64,000 nucleotides of DNA from Callorhinchus milii (GCF_018977255.1 NW_024704742.1:102922001-102986000), one strand, 5' to 3'; counted from the first letter of the stretch, positions 12,633-25,563 are shown. Notes: generated by a model not told the origin, from the letters alone. A program made the numbers and translations.

Positions 12633-14269
12633 CAACAACAACAACAACAAGATTCCATTTATAGAGCGCCTTTCACGTCAGGAGGACGTCCCAAGGCGCT
12701 GCACAGTTGGGTCATGACCGAGCAGGGGGAAATGGTCAGGGTGAGGGGAGGAAGGAGGGAGAGAGGAGGGGGAAATGGTCAGGGTGAGGGAGGGAAGGGA
12801 GGGAGCGAGGAGGAGGAAGAGAGTCGAGAGGGGAGCTGAAGGCACGGTCAAAGAGAAAGGTTTTGAGACCGGCCTTGAAGGAGGAAAGGGAGGAAGCAAG
12901 GCGAAGGCACTGGGGGATGGAGTTCCAGAGCCTCGGGGCTGAGAGGCTGAAGGCCCGACCACCGATAGTAGGGCGGTTGGGGCGGGGGACGTGGAGCAGA
13001 CCGGAGCCAGAGGAACGGAGGGTACGGGCAGGTAGGTAGGGGGATAGTAGGTTGGAGAGGTAGGAGGGAGCAAGGCCGTGAATGGCCTTGTAGGTGAGGA
13101 TGAGGATCTTGAAATCGATCCTCTGGGGGATGGGGAGCCAGTGGAGGCGAGCGAGGGTGGGAGTGATGTGGTCCCGAAGCCTGGTGCGGGACAGTACACG
13201 AGCTGCAGAGTTCTGAATGACCTGCAGCTTGTGGAGGGAGGTGCCGGGAAGGCCGGCGAGGAGAGAGTTCCCATAGTCCAGCCTTGAGGTGACAAAGGCG
13301 TGAACCAGGGTTTCAGCAGCGTGAGGGGTGAGGTAGTGCCGTAATCTGGCGATATTCCGGAGGTGATGGAAGGCGGTGCCAGTTGTGGTGCGGATGTGAG
13401 GGAGAAAGGACAGCTCAGGGTCTAACAAAACGCCGAGGTTCCTGACCGGCTTTGAGAGGTGGAGAGTGCAGCCTTGGATGCTGATGCTGTCAGCGCCTGA
13501 GGTGCGGAGGCGCTGACGTGAGCCAATCAGGAGGGCCTCGGTTTTTCGCACGTTGAGCTGAAGAAAGTTGTCTCTCGTCCAGGACTCGATGTCGGACAGG
13601 CAGGCTGTCAGGACATCGGTGGTCGTGGAGTTGAGAGTAGAGGAGGAAAGGTAGAGTTGGGTGTCATCCGCATACATGTGGAAGTTAACCCCATGTTTGC
13701 GGATGATGTCACCAAGGGGGAGCATATAGAGGGTGAAGAGGAGGGGACCGAGGACAGAGCCCTGAGGGACACCACATGAGACAGTACGGGGGGTGGAGGA
13801 GAAGCCATTCGTTGAGACGAAATGAAGACGGTGGGAAAGGTAAGAGCTAAACCATTCAAGGACAGTGCCTTGAAGGTTGAGGTGGGAGGACAAGCGGTGG
13901 AGTAGGATAGCGTGGTCGACTGTATCGAATGCTGCCGATAGGTCGAGGAGGACGAGGAGACAGAGGGTATTGAGACAAGAGTATTGAGTGTGGAGGAGAG
14001 GATATTGTGGAGGAGGGAGAGAGGAGAAGAGGGGTCGGTGAGGGTTGAAGGCCAGAGGGAGAGGAGTTCAGAGGACTCCAAGGCATCGGTTAGGGATTGT
14101 GGGGGTAACTTCTTCCAAGGCGGTAGAAGATGGTGGTGGGTCTGGTGGAGGTGGGGAGGGGGGTGGAGGTGGTGAAGGAGATGAAGTAGTGGTCGGAGAT
14201 GGCCTTGTCGGTAATAGTGACATCCGAGACACTGAGGCCCCGGGTGATCACCAAATCGAGTGGGAAGTT
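12633..14269 (-). mobile_element. Young L2 inserted into another L2, internally deleted
   Basis: 385-aa open frame (12736-13893) with [10 protein letters not shown] and YADD; own (GTT)n tail at 12633; deletion junction at ~13968. Confidence 0.9.
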
Positions 14270-15905
14270 GTGGACCAGAGTTTCAGCAGCGTGAGGGGTG
14301 AGGTAGTGCATTGGTCTGGCGATGTTCCGGAGGTGGTGGAAGGCAGTGCCAGCTGCGGCGTGGATGTGGGGAAGAAAGGACAGCTCAGGGTCAACGAAAC
14401 ACCGCGGTTCCTGACCAGCTTTGAGAGGTGGAGAGTGCAGCCTTGGATGTTGATGCTGTCAGCACCTGAGGTGCAGAGGCGCTGACGTGAGCCAATCAGG
14501 AGGGCCTCAGTTTTGCGAACATTGAGCTGAAGAAAGTTGTCTCTCGTCCAGGACTCGATGTCGGACAGGCAGCTGTCAGGACATCGGTGGTCGTGGAGTT
14601 GAGGGTAGAGGAGGAAAGGTAGAGTTGGGTGTCATCCACATACATGTGGAAGTTAACCCCATGTCTGCAGATGATGTCACCAACGGGTGAAGAATAGAGG
14701 ATGAAGAGGAGGGGACCGAGGACAGAGCCCTGAGGGACACCGCATGAGACAGTGTGGGGGCTGGAGGAAAAGCCATTTGCAGAGACAAAATGAAGACGGT
14801 GGGAGAGGTAGGACCTGAACCACTCAAGGACAGGGCCTTAAAGGTTGAGGTGGGAGGACAAGCGGTGGAGGAGGATAGAGTGGTCGACCGTATCGAATGC
14901 AGCCGATAGGTCGAGGAGGACGAGGAGGCAGAGGGAGCCCTGGTCGCAGATGGTCAAGATGTCATTGGTGACCTTGACCAGGGCGGTTTCCGTGCTATGG
15001 GCAGCACGGAAACCCGACTGAAGGGGTTCGAAAAGTGAGTGGGTGGAGAGGAAAGAGCGCAGCTGGGAGGCGACAACTCTTTCGAGAACCTTGGACAGGA
15101 AGGGGAGGTTGGAGATGGGCCGGTAGCTTGATAGCTGCGATGCATCAAGGGACGTTTTTTTCAGTGTTGGAGTGATGGTGGCAGTTTTGAGGGGAATGGG
15201 AACAGAGCCAGAGGAGAGGGACAGGTTATTGGTGTCTGTGAGAAGTGTGGCAAGAAGGTGGAGCTGGGAGATAAGGAGTGGAGTGGGGATGGGGTCCAGG
15301 GAGCAGGTGGTGGGTTTCAAGGACAGGATGAGTTTGGTGACAGAGGGTGGGGAAATGGGTTCGAAGGTGTGTAGGGGAGGATGGGTAGGAGTCAGAGTGT
15401 TGGAGGGAAGGGGTGGGGGTTGGGTGGAAGTTGGAGGGCCAGTGACCGCAGAACGGATTCCCTTGATTTTGGATTCAAGGAAATCCAGCATCTCCTCGCA
15501 GTAAAGGTTGGAGGAGATGACCTGCACAGGGTGGCGGGGGGGGGACGGAGGAGTCAGGATGTGGTGGAGAACAGAAGCCTGGAGTTGTTCTTCACCTCCA
15601 GGATTATCCTGGAGTAGAAGGACGACTTGGCCGAGGCTAGAGTGGAGTGGTAGATTTTGAGGAGGTCCAGCCAGATTTGTCGGTGGACAGTTAGGCCAGA
15701 TTTGAGGCAGGTGCGTTCAGCGGCCCGCACCTGGGTCTTCAGTGAGCGGAGGTGGGTGGTGAACCAGGGGGAGGAGCGAGAGTAAGAGACAGTAGGGGAG
15801 GTGATGGGGGCAAGAGTGTCGAGTGTGGAGGAGACGGTGTTGTGGAGGAGAGTGAGAGCAGAAGAGGGGTCAGTGAGGGATGAAGACCAGAGGGAGAGCA
15901 GTTCA
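14270..15905 (-). mobile_element. L2 host element, 5' half (RT N-terminal region)
   Basis: [31 protein letters not shown] and [13 protein letters not shown]; ends at ETLVH. Confidence 0.9.
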
Positions 15906-16124
15906 AACTAAGTCAAAGAGAGCAAGATAAGGAAAACTGCACCTAGTTGGTAGAAGGAGGGGCTTGTTCCACAATTTCAGATCTCGTTGTACTTTAAAAG
16001 TCTAACACATGATTCAAAACCCCAATAATAATACTGTGCTTGTGACTTCATCAATGACACAGGCTGCTTGGGCTAAACTTTAATAAACCATATGCTCGCA
16101 TTGTGAATAAAACACCTCAGACTG

Positions 16125-16995
16125 TTTTTGTCAAAGATAAGAGTCACAAGCACAATGGCTACGTTTGCAGATGACATCAAGCTAATGAAGGTGGTAGATT
16201 GCAAAGCTGAACAAGATAGGTTACAGGAAGATTTGAACATATTTGGGAATTGGGCAGATGAAATGCAATGTGGAGAAATATATTTTCACATGGGACAAAA
16301 AATCCAGGAAGGGACTATTATTTGAACGAAGAAAAATAATATTTATGGAAAATGAAAAGGACCTGGGAGTCCTGATTGACAATAAATTGAAGCTTTCCCA
16401 ACAATGCTCTGTGGCAGTGAATAAAGCAAACCAGATCTGGGATGTATCAAAAGATCAATAGCAAACCGAAATAGTGGGGTAATCCCGCCACTGTATACAT
16501 TATTGGTGAGACTATACTTAAAGTACTGTGTACAGTTCTGGTCGTCGCAGTACAAAAAGGATATGGGAGAAATCGAGAGAATACAGAGGAGAGCAACCAA
16601 AATGATCGAGGGAATGGAGCGTCTGGACTATGAGGAGCGACTAAGTAAATTGGGCATGTTCACGCGATATGATTGCTGTCTTTAAGATTCTTAAGGGGCA
16701 AGACAATATAGATCATCACAGGCTGTTTCAACTAGTCCAGAATAGTAAAACCAGAGGACAGGACATGAGTTTGAAGGGGACTAAATTCAGACGGAAACAT
16801 TATTTCAGTGAGCAAATAGTAAGCCTGTGGAACAGGCTCCCTTGGGAGGAAGCAGTTTTGATTCCTTCAAATACAGATTAGATAGTTTTCTTTTAGGAAA
16901 TAACATTATGGGATAGTTTGAGGCATATGTGCATGGGACCGCCAGGAAGATGGAAGACGAATTAAATGGACCTTGGTCTTTTTTGTGTCTAGCAT
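16125..16995 (+). mobile_element. CR1 LINE, degenerate
   Basis: FADDIKL, EKDLGVLID and YCVQFWS..KKDMGEIERIQRRATKMI, with frameshifts. Confidence 0.9.
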
Positions 16996-18519
16996 TCATG
17001 TTATCTCCTCTTCCCCAATATTCCCGACCTGTGATCCCTTGTCATTCCTCTCTCATTAGGGTGTCCCTCTCACCTTCCCTCTTAGGTTTGTATGTGCTCT
17101 CCAGCATTTCTCAACTCATTCCTGTTCTTGCCAGGAGGGTTTGTGACTGGTCTGGCTGTTCCCATTCTTAGCTACATTAATAATAATCCTTGTATACAAT
17201 ATAGCACCTTATCATGCGGCTGAGACATCTCAAAACATTTCACACAATATACTGTAAAGTGAATTGACTGTATATTTTGTGGGTGAAACATAACAGTACA
17301 GCAGGACTGTGCGAATGCAGCAATATACAATCAAACCATTCGGAGGTGGACATATATCTAAATGAAAAATAGAAACTTCCAGCTGGTAAATTGACTCAGA
17401 GCTGCTGATGCTCAGGTAGGCAATCTTAGTTTAAAGGAACTGTCTGATCCGTGTGTATGCAGCCTCAAAGAGCATTTAATAATAGATGAGAAACATGAGG
17501 CTTGAGCTCAGAAAACATTTCCAGCCCAGTTCTTCCTTTTAAACATCACTGGATTGGCATAATCTTTTAAAGGGCCAGGCCTTGGTGTTCAAAGACTCTT
17601 GAGAAAATCTGCAGTATACTGTACTGTGTAATAGAACTTGATCCAAATCAAGCGTGTGTTTGCAGTTATTTGCAAATCCAAACTTTCATAAATCCACCAC
17701 ACTAAACCACACACTTCACCCCACTCCCAGTGCCCTTCATACTTCCTGCCTTCTCATTGGCCCTTTTGTTAATTGTCAATTTACTCTTAAAGGAATATCC
17801 AACATCTTCCTTTCTTCAGTTTTTCTTCAACTTTCTATTCATCTTGTTGGTCGTCTGATCTCTCTTCCTGATCTTGTCCACTTTGTCTCTATTTCCTTTG
17901 ACCTATCAGGTGAGAGACCTAGGTTCGATTCCCGGCAGGGCAAGATATTGAAAAGGTTTCCTTGCTCATGCCATCCAATTTGTAATGTGCTCTTGATGAC
18001 AGCACTTACTACGTCTCTACTTGTGGCTTCTTTTATATCTTTTTCTTGTTTTGTTGCTTTTGTTATCTCCCAGACATTATACTCCATTTCTTTTTATAGT
18101 CTTTTATCTTCTTCATTCCCTTTTTGACTCACTCCTCTGCTCAGTGTATATGTACGTACATATATTCTCCCGGTTTATACTTAAATTCTAGTTCATGTTT
18201 CTGCAGCCGCATTCTATACTCATTCTTTGTAATCTCGGAGGAGTTTCTTTAAACCCTTTTAAAAAATTGCTTCTATTGGCTTCTGATCATTCTCTACTGT
18301 TATCTTTTTTCCAAACAAATATTATTTGAATCTTTCAGATCCAAAAAGTACTGCTAAACACTATATTTCTATTTGTGCATTGTTTTGTTCTGTTTTCGAC
18401 AATGTCGCGATCCATAAGGAACTACATTCTCGCTTTGAGTTAAGACCACTCCCAATACTGTTTTGTTTGCATCTATTGATATCTTTACCAAAATACTTAT
18501 TTTATTTTATTTTACTAAA

Positions 18520-19297
18520 TGGCTTCTGCCTTTCACGTGAGGAGGACAGCCCAAGGCGCTCGAAAGACAGAATTACGGACCCGAGGTGGGGGTTGGAGTC
18601 GGGGAGGGTGAAGGGCCGGGGGGAAAGCAGGGAGATCGAAAGCACAGTCGAAGAGGAGGGTCTTGAGATGGGTCTCGAAGGAGGCAAGGGAGGGGGCGAG
18701 GCGGAGGGACTGCAGGATGGAGTTCCAGAGGGTGGGGAGCAGAGTGGCAGAAGGCCCACCCGCTAATAGTGGGGCGAGCGAGGCAGTGGACGTGAAGCAG
18801 GCCGGAGCCTGCTGTGCGGAGGGAGCGAGCAGGATGGTAGGGGGTTAGGAGGTAGCAGAGGTAGGGGAAAGCAAGACCATGGAGGGCTTTGAAGGTGAGG
18901 ACCAGGATCTTGAACTGCATCCTCTGTGTGATGGGAAACCAGTGGAGTCGGGCGAGGATGGGGATGATAGGGTTGCGGAGCCTATTACGGGAGAGGATGC
19001 GGGCAGCAGAGTTCTGGATGATCTGCAGCCTATGGAGGGAGGAGTTGGGGAGACCGACAAGTTTACATAGTCGAGCTTCGATGTAATGAAAACATGTTTG
19101 AGGGTTTTGGCGACCTGAGGTGTGAGACAGTGGTGGAGCCGGGTGACATTGCAGAGGTGGGGGAAGGCAGAACAGGTCATGGTGCAGATGTGGTATAGAA
19201 AGAATAGTTGAGGGTCAAACAAGATCCCAGGTTCCAGACTGGCTTAGCAAGGTGGAGTGTGCAACTATGGATGGTGAGGCTGTCAGCGTCTGAGGTG
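18520..19297 (-). mobile_element. L2 LINE, 5'-truncated
   Basis: CLTPQVAKTLKHVFITSKLDY and QFKILVLTFKALHGLA. Confidence 0.9.
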
Positions 19298-19309
19298 ATT
19301 TAAAATAGT

Positions 19310-19571
19310 TGTTAAAAGAAACAGAGGGGAGGTGAGGAGAATTTTTTTCATACAGCAAGTTGTTCGGACCTGGAATGCATTGTCTAAAAGGGTGATGGAA
19401 GCTGATTCGATAACAACTTTCAAAAGAGAAATAGATAATTATTTGGGGAGGACAAGTTTGCAGGGCTATAGGGAGAGAGCAGGGGAATTGGATTGAATTG
19501 GATAGCTCTTTTCAAAGACACAATGGGCCGAATTGCCTCCTTCTGTGTTGTATAATTCTATGATTCTATGA
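19310..19571 (+). mobile_element. CR1 3' end
   Basis: CR1 C-terminal remnant and 3' UTR ending in (ATTCTATG)n. Confidence 0.85.
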
Positions 19572-21429
19572 TAGATATTTGACCTCCATCCTTCCTATTT
19601 TGTACTATTCTGTACTTAATTTTACATTCTTCTCTAAGCATTTCTGTAATACATTTTCTAGACATTCATCATGCTCTTTCCTTGTCCTTCCAAATAATAA
19701 TGTATTGTCTATGTAATTTAACATCCCTGGTATCCTTTCCAGTATTTGTGCTAATTTCCTCTGAAATATCTCCTGCGCTGATTTTATTCCAAATGGCATT
19801 CTCCTAAAACATTATCTCCCAAAAGGTATTAGGAATCTTGTTAAATACGCACTGCTTTTTGTCAGCTTAACTTGCCAGTATCCAGAAGAACAATCAAGTG
19901 TCGAGAAAAAATTTGCTCCATGCAACATGGTATGTATGTCCTCTAACATAAGTATTTCGTATTGCTCTCTACGTATGGCTTTATTTAGTTACTGTGGGAC
20001 TTAGAATAGTCTTAGTGACTTGTCTGGCTTTTCTACAATCACTATTGCACTCATCCAATCACTAGGTGTTTTACTTTCTTTATGATTTTCTCCATTTCCA
20101 TTTTCTTTAATGTGTCTCTCAATCTTACTCTCATGGCTTCGGAGACCCATCTCAGTGGCTGTATTACTGGTTTCACGTTGTCCTTTATCCTTATCTCATA
20201 CTCCCCTTTCATTAACCTTTTACCTACAAATCTATTTGCATGTTCCTATTATTTCCTCTGTTTCTAATCTTTTATTCTTTCTTCACATTTTGTATTCGCT
20301 GAAAAACAAGTCACATTTTAGTTATGTCCTGTATATCCAAAAACGTGTCTGCCTGTACGTTCACTATGTAAAATTATATTTTATACACTTTATTTTCATA
20401 CCTTATTTCTATTTCTACTCTTCCTATCATTTCAATTTCATCTGTGGTATGCCACTAACCTTCCTTTTCCTTTTTCAATTTTTTGAAAAATAGCTTCTAA
20501 TGGCTTGTGATCATTCCCTACTGTGTTTCTCGCAGCCTCATACACTCCTCTAATCACATTACACTAGCTTGTTGTATATAAAGGAGAATCCAACATACCG
20601 ATGCATGACTCTTTAGTTCAAACATCTCTTTTAGTCACTCATTCTTGGGAAGTGGGCAATGCTGGCCGAACAAGTACTGATTGGCCTTTCCTCATTGCTC
20701 TGAGAAAGTTGGTGTTTTTTTTGATGCAGTCTTTGCAAAACATTGATTATAATTCAAAGAGGTCTGAGCTCATACCTTTTTACTCATTGGTCAATAAATT
20801 GAGCAAAATATATGTCTAAATCATGACTAAAACATATATTCTTGTGGCAGAAGGGAAGTGGGGTTTTCCTGAGCCTAAAGGAGGTTTAACGTGTTATGAG
20901 ACAAAATTAATTCCTTAATAAAGAAACCGAATGCAAACTCCTTCCATTAACTGGAAGTACATTATGCAGACTTGTAGTCACTCTGCTCAAGTAGTTAGCA
21001 TAGGACCACACTTTGCACAAGACCTTTGAGTTAATGCGATATAAGCTCTCCAAGATGTTATTCCACATAAAGGGCGCCATATAGAAGTAAGTTGTTGTAC
21101 CTGTGCACTCCTTTTTAAGCAGTTCTGTTGGCAATTGGCATTTGTTACACTTTTATTATCTTTCTGGCATCGAGCATGGGAAGCATTACTATGGCATCAA
21201 GCATGAGTTGCAAGTCATTAGGTTATTGCTGAAGTCATTTCCTTCTTTGTACATGTGATGGCAATGGAGATCTAATGATCTCTACACCAGTCATTTTAGC
21301 GCAAAACAGCAAGCAGGCTGGCTGCGCATATTTGCAGTGAATGGGGTCGACATGATACCTGAGTTATTAATGAATTTACGCTATTAAAAAGTACATTATA
21401 AAAGGGCTGAACTTTACTGAGGTTTACTG

Positions 21430-21603
21430 AGAATAGAGCCATTGGATCTTTAGCATCCACCCAAACAGGCAGACATGATCTTGGTTTAAAGTCCCATCCA
21501 AAGGACGGCACCCTGAATAATGCAATTCTCTCCGAATACTCATTTGAAGTGCCAGCCAACACTGTGAAAGTTAAGTCCTGAGATGGGACTTAAACCCACA
21601 ACC
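21430..21603 (-). mobile_element. Deu-domain SINE fragment
   Basis: Reverse complement of the Deu motif (GGTGCCGTCCTTTGGATGGGACTTTAAACC...GGTGGATGCTAAAGATCC) with a B-box-like head. Confidence 0.7.
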
Positions 21604-21619
21604 AAAAGTTTTTGTTTAG

Positions 21620-24600
21620 GTCAGCCTGATGTCTGACACATGCGGAAATCCATCACCACGCTTAAGAATATCCAAACCAAACTGAGAGTTCCATGCACAC
21701 CACCGACACATGGAAATTCCCGCGAGTGTGGTTTCAATTGGAGTCTATTTGGAGTGGATAGGGGTGGGTAGGAGTTCTTGGCCTCATGGCCTCCCACAGC
21801 GGGCGGCCTGGAACAGGGACCAAAGAGACTTACACATGAGCGATGCCTGGAGCGAGGCCTCAATTCGACGCCTGGAGTGGGGACACTGGCTTACACACGA
21901 GCGAGGCCGAGCTGTTCAACACCAATGCCCCCAACGGCATGCACATCCAACGTGGGAACCAAGGCCCAGCTACCTGAGCTGCGCAGAGCCAGCGTGGGAT
22001 TCGCCGCCACGGTCATCGCGGCTAATGCTGACTCTCCTGGTCAACATCCAACCAGAGACTGGCTGCTGCGTGGACGGTACATCCGCCCGCCACCTTTGAA
22101 TCTCTCAGCGTAGACTCATTGGGACTATAAGAGTATCCCCGCTCCCCAATTTGACCCACACCAGCGGGCTAACCATGGCTCGCTGATTCCCCTCCCCGTT
22201 TGCTCTTAGTCTCAGCGTGCACATTTTGGCTGCCACTGACCTGAGCTGCTTCCCCATAATGCTCCCACCCCTGTCCTCTACCCTCCACTACTCCCCCTCA
22301 GTCCTCCTCTCCCACCACCCTTCTCGACTCCTATCCCTGCTCCACTATCCCACTGCCTCCCTCTGCTCCAGTCTGTCAATCCACAGTCGGGCCCAACCGT
22401 GGCAGATGCCGCTGGCTGTCCAACAGCAGCCACTCTGACTGCCCCATCCCCCATTCTCGCCACAAGGCCAATTGGTCCCTGAACATGGGGGCCAACCTCT
22501 CCCCCTTCATCCACATTCCCACCCTTTCTGTCAGTCTTCCCTCTCCCCCACCCCCTCGCACCCACATTCCGCCACCAACTGTCCCCTCCACATCAGCCTA
22601 CAAAATGTCCACTCCCTCTCCAATAAAACGCTTACCATCCAAGACCTCATTGTCGACGAAAACATCAACATTCTCACCCTCACTGAAACCTGGATCACTG
22701 CGGGCGACACCTTCCCCCTAATAGAGGCCATACCACCCGGCTACACCTTCCATCACACCCCTCAACGTAACCGCGGTGGTGGCGGTGTGGCTCTCATCTC
22801 CCAGTGCCTGTTTGACCTATCCCCTTACTCCTCTGGAACCTTCCCCTACTTTGAGCACCTTATCCTTCATCACCCCTTCAAACTTTCCTTCAAAATTCTC
22901 CTTATCTATCACCACCACAAGTCCTCCGCCACTTTCAACCCGACATCTCCACCCTCTTAACTTCCCTCTCCCTCTGCTCCGAACGCCTCTTCATCCTAGG
23001 ATGAATATCAACCTTCACCTCACCCCCTCCTGCTCTTCCTCCGCTGATATCTCCTCCCTTATCTCCTCCCTCAACCTCTCCCTTAACTTCCACTCCACCA
23101 CCCATGCCTGCGTCACCCCCTTGACCTGGTGATCACTCGGGGCCTCATTCTTTCGAACCTCACCATCATCAACGAAGTGATCTCGGACCATCACTTCATC
23201 TCCTTTATCTCCTCAATCCCTCTCCCCACCGCCACCCAACCCACCTCCATCTCCTACCACCCCTGGAAAAAAATCCCCCCCCCCCCCTCGGCTGCCTTGG
23301 AGTCATCTGAACTCCTTCCCCGGTGGGCTTCCTCCCGCAATGACCTATCCTCCTCGGTCACTCTTCTCCACAGCTCCCTCTCCTCCACTCTCGATTCCCT
23401 TGCTCCCCTCACTTCCTGAACTGTCTCCTACTCACGGAAGTCACCATGGTACACCAGCCACCTCTGCTCCCTTAAAGCACAGATGCGTGCCACTGAACGC
23501 ACCTGGCTTAAATCGAACTTAACGGTCTGTCAGTTGGCAGACTGGCTGGAACTTTATTACATCCTACCACTCTGCCCTCGCCTTCGCTAAATCGTCACTC
23601 TAATCTAAGACAATCTTGGAAGCCAAGAATAATCCCAGGCTCCTTTTCTCCATCACTAACTGATTCCTCCACCCACCGTCTCACACATAGCCAAACCTCA
23701 CCTCAAATGACAACTGCGAGGCGATGCTGGACTTCCTTGAATCCAAAGTTGAGGGGATCTGCTCAGCTGCCTCTGTCCATCCATCTACTAGCATCTCCCC
23801 CGTTTCCCCCTGGCCCCTACCCATCCCTCCCTCCACACCTTCAAACTTGTCTCCCACTCCTCTCTCAGCACCACTATAAGCCACATGAAATCAATCACCT
23901 GCTCCCTCGACCCCATCCCTACCCCTCTCCTTACCTCCCAGCTTCTCCTTCTTGCCTCTCTACTCACAGACATCACAAACCTGTCCACTGGTACCATTCA
24001 CACCCCATTAAAAACATCCGTCATCACTCCTTAAAAAACCCTCTATGGACCCATCAGTGCTCTCAAACTACCACCCCATCTCCAACTTCCCTTTCCTCTC
24101 GAAGGTCCTAGAACGAGTTGTTGCTTCCCAGCTTCACTCCTTCCTCTCTCACTACTCCCTTCAAAACACCTCCATTCGGGTTTCTGTGTCACCCACAGCA
24201 CCTGTTTAAAGTGACAAATGACATTCTGTCCACCTGCGACCAGGGCTCCCTCTCCCTCCTTGTCCTCTTTGATCTCTCTGCTGCCTTCATCAACGTCAAC
24301 CACTCTATTCTCATTCACCTCCTCTCACCTCAATTTTCACGGTTCTGTCCTTGACTGGTTCAAATCATACCTTTCACACCACCTGCACTTCATCTCCTCA
24401 AATGGTTTCTCTTCTATACCCCACACCTTCTCATGTGGCGTTCCTCAGGGCTCTGTCCTTGGTCCCCTCCTCTTCAATATCTATAAGCACCTTAGGACAT
24501 CGTCCCGACGTGAAAAGCGCTATACAAATATAATCTTGTTGTTGTTGTTGCACCTCTTGGTGACATCATCCACAGACATGGGGTCAACTTCCACATATAT

Positions 24601-25563
24601 GCGGTTGACACCCAACTCTCCCTCTCTGCCTCCACCCTTGACTCCCGGATCACTGCTGTCCGACAGATTGTCTGTCAGACATCAAGTCCTGGATGAGAGC
24701 TAACTTTCTTCAGTTGAACGTCAACAACACCGAGGCTCTCCTGATTGGCTCCCGTCAGAGCTTCCGCACCTCAGACGCTGACAGCATCACCATCCATGGT
24801 TGCACACTCCACCTTACGAAGCCAATCCAGAACCTTGGGGTCTTGTTTGACCCTCAACTATCCTTTCTACCCCACATCTACGCCATGACCGCTCTGCCTT
24901 CCCCCACCTCCGCAACGTCGCTCGGCTCCCCTCTGTCTCACACCTCAGGCTGCAAAACCCTCATACACGCATTCATAATATCCGGGCTTGACTATACAAA
25001 CTCCCTGCTTGTCGGCCTCCCCACCTCCTCCCTCCATAGGCTGCAAATCATCCAGAACTCTGCAGGCCATGTCCTCTCCCGCATCAGGCTCCGTGACCCT
25101 ATCACCCCCATCCTCGCCCGACTCCACTGGCTTCCCATCACACAGAGGATACAGTTCAAGCTTCTGTTCCTCACCTTCAAAGCCCTCATGGTCTTGCTCC
25201 CCCTACCTCTGCCACCTCCTAAACCCCTACCATCCTGCTCACTCCCTCCGCACAGTGGGCTCCGGCCTGCTTCATGTTTCCCACCTCGCTTGCCCCACTA
25301 TTGGCGGGCGGGCCTTCTGCCACTCTGCTACCTTCTGGAACTCCATCCCGCAGTCCCTCCACCTCACCCCCTCCCTCTCAAGACACATCTCAAGACTGTC
25401 CTGTTCTACCGTGTTTTCGATCACCCTGCGTCCCCCCACTGCCCTTCACCCTCCCCAATCCCGCCCCCCAGCTTGGGTCCGAAACTCTGACTGTCCAGCA
25501 CCTTGGGACGACCTCTCGTCATGATAGGCACTATACAAATGTAACTTTGTTGCTGTTGTTGTT
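21620..25563 (+). mobile_element. Near full-length L2 LINE (5' region, APE endonuclease, RT, 3' tail), degenerate
   Basis: [44 protein letters not shown]-terminus: HWLPITQRIQFK. (GTT)n tail; many frameshifts and stops. Confidence 0.92.

Larger units (their letters stand above)
17980..20530 (-). mobile_element. Gypsy LTR-retrotransposon pol remnants (RT, RNase H), interrupted by L2 and CR1
   Basis: RT: FSTLDCSSGYWQV..MPFGIKSAQEIFQR..YIDN (19605-20200). RNase H-like: DA..GVVL..AQIE..LAVLFGSERF..ENDQKPIEAIF..PPRLQRM (~18130-18490). Confidence 0.8.

Noticed and set aside
12414..15504. Recurrent + strand ORFs ([23 protein letters not shown]…) as a multicopy gene
   Set aside because: They are antisense frames of L2 ORF2 and recur only because L2 recurs.
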